Shown: piece by piece, positions 50,270 to 56,525 of the stretch
Position numbering within the stretch: the first letter of the stretch is position 1
Layout: each line of letters starts with the position of its first letter
IMG/VR virus record: IMGVR_UViG_3300035670_000121
Coordinates: 21,616 to 85,615 of that record
DNA length: 64,000 nt
DNA from: a virus
Lineage: Duplodnaviria; Caudoviricetes
Strand: one strand, 5' to 3'
Position numbers and translations under genes: made by a program
The notes under the pieces: generated by a model
Databases searched by the model: none
The model's input: only the letters and a program-made list of their open reading frames with translations
Told to the model about the DNA's origin: nothing

Positions 50270-50601
50270 AATTTAAAAACTTCGAAGATGTAGAATATGA
50301 ATTAATATTCGCAATACCAAAGTTTAGTCGTGCTGTGGAAGGTTTGTGCGATAGTCCAGATACAGAGAGACCACAAATAATTGTAGATCCGCAGCTATTA
50401 AAAAGAAGAAAGCTTAATGTCCTTATAGAAGAGGTTTTTCACGCTCATCTATATGATTTGCCTGAATGGAAAGCTAGAAAATTTGCTGCTAATTTAGGTA
50501 AATTGATTTATAGCACTTTCATGGCAGAACCTTCAAGAAGGTGTGCCCGTAGAAAGCCAAGGAAGCGGAGGCTGAACAACAGGAGGAGTGATTTGATTTA
50601 A
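50266..50601 (+). CDS. Hypothetical protein, zincin-like (EEVFHA)
   Basis: GLCD...IIVDP...LIEEVFHAH. Confidence 0.5.
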   Translation: MKFKNFEDVEYELIFAIPKFSRAVEGLCDSPDTERPQIIVDPQLLKRRKLNVLIEEVFHAHLYDLPEWKARKFAANLGKLIYSTFMAEPSRRCARRKPRKRRLNNRRSDLI

Positions 50602-50892
50602 AATCTGTTGACCTGCACCGCTTTCAAATGCATTTTTTTGATCTTGTCCAATTGTATCCCAAACCCAAGTAAGTACTTGATTCTCAGTTAGATTTGCGTA
50701 AGGAATAAACTCTCCTGTATTTAGTGGCACCGAAGTGCAAGAATAAACTCTGCCATTAAAAGGACCGCCGCTTACTCCAGAGTAGTATGACAAACAATCC
50801 CAATGGACTGTAAAAACATAATCAACATATCCACTGAAATCGGGATAACAATCCATTGCGCCTACTCTCCATGTATAACCGATATCGCTCAT
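50533..50892 (-). CDS. Conserved phage protein (FIPYANLTE...WV...PLPW), probably tail-associated
   Basis: Motif; GTGTAT 19 nt upstream. Confidence 0.7.
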   Translation of the reverse strand: MSDIGYTWRVGAMDCYPDFSGYVDYVFTVHWDCLSYYSGVSGGPFNGRVYSCTSVPLNTGEFIPYANLTENQVLTWVWDTIGQDQKNAFESGAGQQILNQITPPVVQPPLPWLSTGTPS

Positions 50893-51043
50893 ATTTATAA
50901 AAAATATACACTATATTAATTGATAAATAGAAAAATTAAAGCTCAATAGTGAGCGATATACTTACAAATATATAGATTTTCTAATAAACAACAGTATAAT
51001 ATTTCACATTTATAAATACTAAATGTATTTTTATTTATTAAAT

Positions 51044-51211
51044 ATGAAAAAATGTTTATACTGTGAAGAATATATAGACACTGAGAACGATGATTTCCAA
51101 AAGGTAGGCAAAAAAATTATTTGTGCTTTTTGCTATGAAGATTATGCAGATGAATTAGATAATTTCGGCGCAGAAGATGATGATATAGAAGAAGAGAATG
51201 AAGATAATTAA
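51044..51211 (+). CDS. Small zinc-finger protein with acidic tail
   Basis: CLYC...CAFC. Confidence 0.55.
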   Translation: MKKCLYCEEYIDTENDDFQKVGKKIICAFCYEDYADELDNFGAEDDDIEEENEDN

Positions 51212-51255
51212 AAATATATTCTCTTTATTATTATTTATAAGTGTAAATATATATA

Positions 51256-51350
51256 GCGCAAAATAAAACTGGTCCAACTTTTTTTCAAAAGTTCCAGTAA
51301 AGCCTCATAGCGCATTCATCACCTGTGTTTTGAAAGTGAGGCTTCTTTTT
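51256..51350 (+). ncRNA. Candidate small RNA from a GTGTAA promoter
   Basis: GTGTAA at 51241 with no ATG following; two hairpins then a U tract. Confidence 0.4.
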
Positions 51351-51441
51351 CCCCAAAAGTAGCAAAATCGCGATTTTAGGCCGTTTTTTGAAGATTTTTA
51401 CCTGTTGACAAACCTAAAAAACCTGATACTCTGATCACCGT

Positions 51442-51687
51442 ATGCTGAACACCGAAAAGAAACTGCGTGGCCGCCCCAAGGGAGCCACTTCTTGTATCAA
51501 CATCACTTTGGGAGATCTTCTCTCAAAGATTGGCACCAATCCTGCTACTGAGATTCAGGTCGGCAGGACGTGGCTTGCAAAGTTCAACGTCGTTGACGTT
51601 GAGACTAACAAGGAAGTCGATGAGCTTCCTGAGAACATCAAGCAGCAGCTAGAAGAGAACTCTAAGGTCGAGTTTGTCATTAGCTGA
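51442..51687 (+). CDS. Small protein with AT-hook-like RGRPKG
   Basis: ORF; leaderless after sigma70-like promoter at 51405. Confidence 0.65.
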   Translation: MLNTEKKLRGRPKGATSCINITLGDLLSKIGTNPATEIQVGRTWLAKFNVVDVETNKEVDELPENIKQQLEENSKVEFVIS

Positions 51688-51689
51688 TC

Positions 51690-52613
51690 ATGTTTGATTC
51701 ACTAGTGGGTCAAGTGGAAGTAAAGCGTAAGCTGGCGTTCTATGCGTCAGCTTACGCAACTTCTCGCACCGTACCGTTTCTCAACTTTATCGGTGCTCGC
51801 GGTTTGGGCAAGACGAATTTTGTTCGTGCTTTCTCGAAATCGCTGCTGGATAGCAATGGACAGAAAAAGCCATTGCTTGAGATTAACAGTTCAAGCATCA
51901 AATCTTCTGCACATTTCTTTGAGCAGATTTTTATTAATCATGTTCAAGATAAAGAAGTTGTGCTGTTTTTTGATGAGTGCCACTGTCTTCCTGAGAATTT
52001 AGTATTTGCTTTTCTTACAATTCTAAATACAGAAGAAGGAAATGTTAAGCATTATAATCATGGCGACAATCTTTTTGTTTTTGATTTTACAAAAATAAAT
52101 ATATTGTTTGCAACTACTGAATCAGATAAGATCTTTCTACCACTGAGAGATAGATTAACTACAATAGAATTTGCTGATTATTCTAATAATGAATTAGAGC
52201 ATATTTTTAAGTTGAATCTTCCTCAGATTGAAATTGATAATGATGCGCTTGCAATGCTGGCTGATACTTCAAGGGGAAATGCACGGTCATGCGTTCTCCG
52301 GGCCAAGGAAGTAGCATTGTATTGCAAAAACTACAACGTCAAGAAGTTTACTATTGACGACGCCAAGAAGTTGGTTTATATTCTCGGCATACTACCTCAC
52401 GGTTTGAACCGGATTGAGTGGCAGATACTAAATATTTTGCGTCAAAATGGACATTGTTCTTTGTCTGCTTTGGCTGCAAAAACAGGTTTGTCACGCACTG
52501 CGATTCAAAAAGACCATGAGTTGTTTTTGATTAAGAAAAATTTAATCCACATTGATGGACTTAGAATGCTAACTACAAGCGGTGCAAAAGTTCTTCTAGA
52601 AAATAAAGTATAA
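51690..52613 (+). CDS. ruvB: RuvB-like Holliday junction branch migration ATPase
   Basis: FDSLVGQ, GARGLGKT, FFDECH, ATTE, PLRDRL, SRGNAR, C-terminal wHTH. Confidence 0.85.
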   Translation: MFDSLVGQVEVKRKLAFYASAYATSRTVPFLNFIGARGLGKTNFVRAFSKSLLDSNGQKKPLLEINSSSIKSSAHFFEQIFINHVQDKEVVLFFDECHCLPENLVFAFLTILNTEEGNVKHYNHGDNLFVFDFTKINILFATTESDKIFLPLRDRLTTIEFADYSNNELEHIFKLNLPQIEIDNDALAMLADTSRGNARSCVLRAKEVALYCKNYNVKKFTIDDAKKLVYILGILPHGLNRIEWQILNILRQNGHCSLSALAAKTGLSRTAIQKDHELFLIKKNLIHIDGLRMLTTSGAKVLLENKV

Positions 52614-52619
52614 TTTATT

Positions 52620-52922
52620 ATGATTGTTCAATATATTCACGATCCAAAAAAGAATAAGCTGCGTGGCGTTCTTGTGGCAAGACGACCAATGGAAAATAAT
52701 TTTCCAATTATTAGTTGGTCATACACAAACGTAAAAGCTGGTGATCGCTTTGACAAGATTCGCGGTTATAATATTGCAGTTTGTCGTTTTACGACGAAAA
52801 CCAATGCGGTAATTCCGCATCATGTTAAAAAAGTGTGTAATAATTTTAAGAAAAGAGTTGCAAAATACTATAAAGTAGATATAAATAGTATTAATATTGT
52901 TGGTAAGGGTGAGAATTTTTAG
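52620..52922 (+). CDS. Hypothetical protein
   Basis: ORF track. Confidence 0.65.
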   Translation: MIVQYIHDPKKNKLRGVLVARRPMENNFPIISWSYTNVKAGDRFDKIRGYNIAVCRFTTKTNAVIPHHVKKVCNNFKKRVAKYYKVDINSINIVGKGENF

Positions 52923-52928
52923 TTAGTG

Positions 52929-53003
52929 GCCTCCTAAGCATAGGCAGCGATGCAGGGGTTTTGTAAACCTCAGAGTTCGGCGCAAGCCCGGAAGGAGGCT
53001 CCA
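52929..53003 (+). tRNA. tRNA-Thr(UGU)
   Basis: GCCTCCT/AGGAGGC, loop TTTGTAA, atypical T-loop CGCAAGC, CCA. Confidence 0.88.
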
Positions 53004-53069
53004 CTTCAAAAAATCGCTTGACAAGTGTGTGTGTTTGATGTAGAGTTAGTGCGTTGAAAGTGAGTTAGT

Positions 53070-53146
53070 AGCAGGTTGGAGAAGTAGTCTATCTCGTCAC
53101 GCTCATAACGTGAAGATCGCTGGTGCAAATCCAGCACCTGCTCCCA
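53070..53146 (+). tRNA. tRNA-Met(CAU)
   Basis: AGCAGGT/ACCTGCT, TCACG-CTCATAA-CGTGA, CCA. Confidence 0.88.
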
Positions 53147-53205
53147 AATTTTTCTCTCTTGACAGAGGCAATATTCTAAGATAGAGTATTGAAGTTCTTT
53201 AAAAT

Positions 53206-53279
53206 GGGATCGAAGCATTAAAGTGATGCAATGGTCTTTTAAACCATAGAAGAGGGAGCGTTACCCTCCGGTCCTACCA
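53206..53279 (+). tRNA. tRNA-Lys(UUU)
   Basis: GGGATCG/CGGTCCT, ATGGT-CTTTTAA-ACCAT, atypical T-loop, CCA. Confidence 0.88.
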
Positions 53280-53306
53280 ATTTATTTTTGTTCTTTTTAT
53301 AATTAC

Positions 53307-53578
53307 GGGCCTTTAGCTTAATGGTTAAAGCAGCGAACTCATTTAATAAAAGTGCCTTATAGAAGAAATTCTATATTGAATCGCGTCAAAGTCGGTGAAA
53401 CCTAAACTACAAATAGTAGGCAATACCGAGCCAAGCTGTAGAAATACAGAAGGTGTAGAGACTTGACGGCGCGTTCCTAAAGTAGAAATACTATGGAAGT
53501 GGTAAAGTCCAGAGAGAATAGAAATATTCACAAATCCGAATTCGTTGAGTGAAGGTTCAAATCCTTCAAGGCCCCCCA
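53307..53578 (+). tRNA. tRNA(CAU), probably Ile2, split by a group I intron (exons 53307-53342 and 53539-53578)
   Basis: GGGCCTT/AAGGCCC; spliced arm GCGAA-CTCAT|AA-TTCGT; TTCAAAT; CCA. Confidence 0.9.
53343..53538 (+). mobile_element. Group I intron (IC3, Azoarcus-like), 196 nt, at anticodon 36/37
   Basis: P1 CAU/GUG with U.G; core GTCGGTGAAACC...ACCGAGCCAAG...GGTGTAGAGACT...AAAGTCCAG; terminal G. Confidence 0.92.
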
Positions 53579-53580
53579 TT

Positions 53581-54255
53581 TTATTCTGTTCTTTTACATT
53601 TTGAATCAATAATATTTGTTATTATATCTACAAATTTTTGAACTCTGTCTGGTTTGAAATAAGAAATACTAGATACATCAATAATGCATAATTCTATATT
53701 CCGTTCTAAACAAGCTTGAAATTTTCTTTGATCATTATTTTGTGTTCTTAAAAGTTTTTCTTTACCATAAATAGGTTCATAATGAAAAATACCATTTAAT
53801 TCAAAAGCTAATTTCAAATCAGGAATATAAATATCTAACTCAGAATTAATAGTATCAATTCTATTAAAATGAAATTCTAAATCAGGATAACGATTTGGTA
53901 AAATTTCAGATAAATAAATTTCAAATTTAGATCTTCTACAACCATGAGTTTTATGAGTGTTGTTGTATGTTGCGGCGCATGATCTGTTACAAAAAGAATT
54001 TGGATGCCTTCGATGTTCTCCTGCTACTTTGAAAAATTCACTTCCGCATTGCTTGCATTCAACTTTAATTTTTGTAATTTGTTTAATACCTTGGCATTTA
54101 TTCGAACAATAATGTTTTGTTTGATTCTTTAATTTAAGATCGCTTTTTATTTGAGCTTGTCTTCTTTTAAAAATTTTTTGACAAGAATCGCATTTAACAT
54201 CTAAAAGATCCATTGATTTATAATTAGAAATTTGATCTATAGAAATTAATAACAT
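53581..54255 (-). CDS. Free-standing homing endonuclease (Zn fingers plus Vsr/PD-(D/E)XK-like)
   Basis: CDSC, YCSNKC, CKQC, FCNRSC; ELDIYIP..AFELNGIFHY...DQRKF..C. Confidence 0.82.
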   Translation of the reverse strand: MLLISIDQISNYKSMDLLDVKCDSCQKIFKRRQAQIKSDLKLKNQTKHYCSNKCQGIKQITKIKVECKQCGSEFFKVAGEHRRHPNSFCNRSCAATYNNTHKTHGCRRSKFEIYLSEILPNRYPDLEFHFNRIDTINSELDIYIPDLKLAFELNGIFHYEPIYGKEKLLRTQNNDQRKFQACLERNIELCIIDVSSISYFKPDRVQKFVDIITNIIDSKCKRTE

Positions 54256-54356
54256 AATATATATTATATACATGATAAGATTCGAAATGTGAAATTCAAA
54301 TCTTTTGATGTTGACAAGAGCAAGTTTTCAGAGTAGATTGTTCGTGTTCTTTAAAT

Positions 54357-54431
54357 GCATCTGTAGCTCAATTTCAGAGCCAACTCTTTATAAGGGTTAG
54401 GTTGCGCGTGAGAGTCGCGCCAGATGCACCA
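54357..54431 (+). tRNA. tRNA-Ile(UAU)
   Basis: GCATCTG/CAGATGC, AACTC-TTTATAA-GGGTT, A73, CCA. Confidence 0.85.
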
Positions 54432-54499
54432 ATTTTTCCCTTGACAAAGGGCGTATCCAATAGTAGGATATGTACGTTCTTTAAAATTGAAGGTTCTGT

Positions 54500-54781
54500 C
54501 GGGCAGTGGCGAAATGGCAGACGCATTATTACGGTGCATTTATAGCGAAAGCTATATCTAAACGGTGTAAATTCGGCGAACGGTTTAACCTCCCAACGCC
54601 GAGCGAAATCTCGAAAGAGAGACGTGTAGAGACTATAATCACCCATCTAAAGTAGTAATACTAAGATGAAGGCATAGTCCAGACTACAAACAGAGAAATC
54701 TGGTAACGAAAGTTATAGTAGTACGCAGACTTAAAATCTGAAGGTAGAAATACCGTAGGGATTCGAGTTCCCTCTGCCCGA
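54500..54781 (+). tRNA. tRNA-Leu(UAA) split by a group I intron in the anticodon stem (exons 54500-54526 and 54726-54781); no encoded CCA
   Basis: CGGGCAG/CTGCCCG, D arm GCGAAATGGCAGACGC, spliced arm T|CAGA-CTTAAAA-TCTGA, long variable arm, TTCGAGT. Confidence 0.85.
54527..54725 (+). mobile_element. Group I intron (IC3-like), 199 nt, at tRNA position 27/28
   Basis: P1 GCAU/GUGC with U.G; AAATTCGGCGAA, ACGCCGAGC, GTGTAGAGACTA, AAGGCATAGTCC (P7 GACTA/TAGTC); terminal G. Confidence 0.9.
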
Positions 54782-54803
54782 CAGAGCCTTTAATTTATAA
54801 ATT

Positions 54804-54994
54804 TTGCAGCAATGAGGGCAGTCGTCACTAAGACGTAGCTTAAGGTAGCCAGTGAAAAGCCTCTCGGAAAGGATCTGGTAGAAATCAGGACATTTAATTA
54901 GCGTAAAGTAGATGATGCTTTTCGAATCATCCGAGCTAAAGTATGTCGATATCTGATTGGGAACACATTAAGCACTGAACAACCTGATCTGCAA
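54804..54994 (+). ncRNA. Unclassified structured RNA, long copy
   Basis: TTGCAGCAATGA...TGATCTGCAA closing helix; several internal helices; covaries with 54998-55085. Confidence 0.75.
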
Positions 54995-54997
54995 TTT

Positions 54998-55085
54998 TTG
55001 CAGCAATGACGGGAGTCGGTAATTGACCGTAGTTTGGGGCGCTGGAAATTCCGGGCACCAGACAACTCAGCGACGTGATCTGCAA
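54998..55085 (+). ncRNA. Unclassified structured RNA, short copy
   Basis: Same termini and three-way-junction core as 54804-54994. Confidence 0.75.
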
Positions 55086-55094
55086 AAAAACATA

Positions 55095-55149
55095 CAGTGC
55101 GCCCAAGCGATCTTGTTTTGAGTCGCTTTACACTGAGCAAAAAATGGGC
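55095..55149 (+). ncRNA. Candidate pseudoknotted RNA
   Basis: CAGTG/CACTG, GCCCA/TGGGC crossing, AGCGA/TCGCT hairpin. Confidence 0.45.
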
Positions 55150-55170
55150 ATTTAGTTCTTTTATAATAAT

Positions 55171-55266
55171 TTTTAGGTTCAACCGCTAATGAAAGGTGTC
55201 ACCTATTGGTTTAGGGGATGGACACTGCGGATCGGAAAATAACCAATACACCGCATGAACCTAAAA
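55171..55266 (+). ncRNA. Candidate structured RNA
   Basis: 11-bp closing helix TTTTAGGTTCA/TGAACCTAAAA plus internal helices. Confidence 0.55.
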
Positions 55267-55268
55267 TT

Positions 55269-55346
55269 TCTTGCTAGAAGGAGAAAGAGGCTCATGCCTC
55301 TGTCCTGTAAGTTTTTAAATAAACGAGAAAGGCACTTTTAGCAAGA
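55269..55346 (+). ncRNA. Candidate structured RNA
   Basis: 12-bp closing helix TCTTGCTAGAAG/CTTTTAGCAAGA; AGAGGC-TCAT-GCCTCT hairpin. Confidence 0.5.
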
Positions 55347-55351
55347 TTAAT

Positions 55352-55427
55352 GCCCCGATGATGAAATTGGATATCATGTTTCGCTTCTAACGAAAACTTC
55401 CAGATTCGAGTTCTGGTCGGGGTGCCA
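55352..55427 (+). tRNA. tRNA-Arg(UCU)
   Basis: GCCCCGA/TCGGGGT, TTTCG-CTTCTAA-CGAAA, CCA. Confidence 0.9.
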
Positions 55428-55434
55428 CTTTAAC

Positions 55435-55509
55435 TCTAGAGTATTTCAATGGTAGAAAAGCGAACTGTTAATTCGTTAGTTGGAAGTTCGAGTCTTCCCT
55501 CTAGAGCCA
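55435..55509 (+). tRNA. tRNA-Asn(GUU)
   Basis: TCTAGAG/CTCTAGA, GCGAA-CTGTTAA-TTCGT, G73, CCA. Confidence 0.92.
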
Positions 55510-55513
55510 ATTT

Positions 55514-55659
55514 TTATTCGATGTCAGCAGGCTCACTATGCTGAAAAAAGATATATTAGTTCGAAATAATATAGTCGTGGAGAGTGAGTGGGTTAATTTA
55601 TATGCAAATATAAATAATAATAAGCTTCTAGAGCTTTCCCTTAAACCAACATCGAATAA
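55514..55659 (+). ncRNA. Candidate structured RNA between tRNA-Asn and tRNA-Tyr
   Basis: 11-bp closing helix TTATTCGATGT/ACATCGAATAA; four hairpins including a GCAA tetraloop; possible pseudoknot. Confidence 0.55.
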
Positions 55660-55662
55660 TTC

Positions 55663-55744
55663 GGGAGTATCGTATAGCAGCAATTACAGGAGACTGTAAA
55701 TCTCCCGGCGCAAGCCTACATAGGTGCAAGTCCTATTGCTCCCA
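55663..55744 (+). tRNA. tRNA-Tyr(GUA), no encoded CCA
   Basis: GGGAGTA/TGCTCCC, GGAGA-CTGTAAA-TCTCC, long variable arm. Confidence 0.9.
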
Positions 55745-55754
55745 TTTTTCTTTT

Positions 55755-55943
55755 ATGAAATCATCTACAGCTACATTAATTAAAGCATTAGATATACTAT
55801 CTAATGAAATACAATCAGAAGATGGTGTTGCTAATGCTGCATTAGCTGAAGCGGCAGATAGACTAAAAATGCTTGACAAGCGTGTTATTGAACTAGAAGA
55901 TACGATATATAATGTAATCAAGCAACTGGAAGAAATTCAATAA
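55755..55943 (+). CDS. Hypothetical protein
   Basis: ORF track. Confidence 0.65.
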   Translation: MKSSTATLIKALDILSNEIQSEDGVANAALAEAADRLKMLDKRVIELEDTIYNVIKQLEEIQ

Positions 55944-55945
55944 AA

Positions 55946-56143
55946 TTGAACATTCATGTTCCAGAAGAGATAAGAAAAAAATATCCACATATAGAATTTC
56001 GCGGTAAACTTAAACGAATTAAGAATCGCGATGTTCTTGTTGCGTTTAATCCTGCATTAAATACTACATTTCATTATTCTTTTCAAGAAGATTTTTTTTG
56101 GTTCGCGGGTCAGATACCTGATTATATTTTAGATGTCACATAA
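55946..56143 (+). CDS. Hypothetical protein
   Basis: ORF track. Confidence 0.55.
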   Translation: MNIHVPEEIRKKYPHIEFRGKLKRIKNRDVLVAFNPALNTTFHYSFQEDFFWFAGQIPDYILDVT

Positions 56144-56277
56144 GAAACATTATACTATTTAATGTTTCATATACTGAACAATATTTATTTAAATGATTAA
56201 TTTTGTAGTTTGGCTGAGTATTTTCTTGCTTCTTCTTGCTGTTGCGATTACTGTTTTGTTCGACGAAGATGACGATC

Positions 56278-56520
56278 ATGAAAATTAATGCTATTCAATG
56301 CCCTTCTTGCGGCGATATCGTTTTCAGCCGCGCACGTCACGATATGCGATGGTGTAATTGTGGCGAAGTTGCCATAGATGGCGGTTTCGATTATGCTAAA
56401 GTCAGTTATTTAACTTCTTCTCCTAAACGAGTTGAGATTGAAGTAAATGCTACAAAAGCTGAACTATATAATGATTGGAATAATCGTATTGATAATTTTG
56501 GTTTAATTAAAAATAAATAA
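56278..56520 (+). CDS. Zn-ribbon phage protein (C..CGD...RHD...C.CG.VAIDGG)
   Basis: Motif. Confidence 0.7.
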   Translation: MKINAIQCPSCGDIVFSRARHDMRWCNCGEVAIDGGFDYAKVSYLTSSPKRVEIEVNATKAELYNDWNNRIDNFGLIKNK

Positions 56521-56525
56521 TTAGA

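Noticed and set aside
54809-55080. AUGA/UGAU loops as SECIS or box C/D guides
   Set aside because: No UGA-containing selenoprotein ORF or tRNA-Sec seen; no full RUGAUGA box; covariation also fits a non-k-turn register
54804-55085. TTGCAGCAATGA...TGATCTGCAA repeats as a CRISPR mini-array (given the Cas4-like nuclease at 10137)
   Set aside because: Only two units of unequal length, with interiors conserved in structure rather than unique spacers; no cas genes; the nuclease belongs to the replication operon
55095-55149. Theta/HDV-like ribozyme call
   Set aside because: Helix order is similar, but P3/L3 size and the P1.1 and J4/2 consensus do not match; left unclassified
53006-55921. Minus-strand ORFs 53006, 53343, 54351, 54374, 54898, 55501, 55733 and the 5' part of 27167
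   Set aside because: They overlap tRNAs, introns, structured RNAs or a real + gene, and have no recognisable motifs
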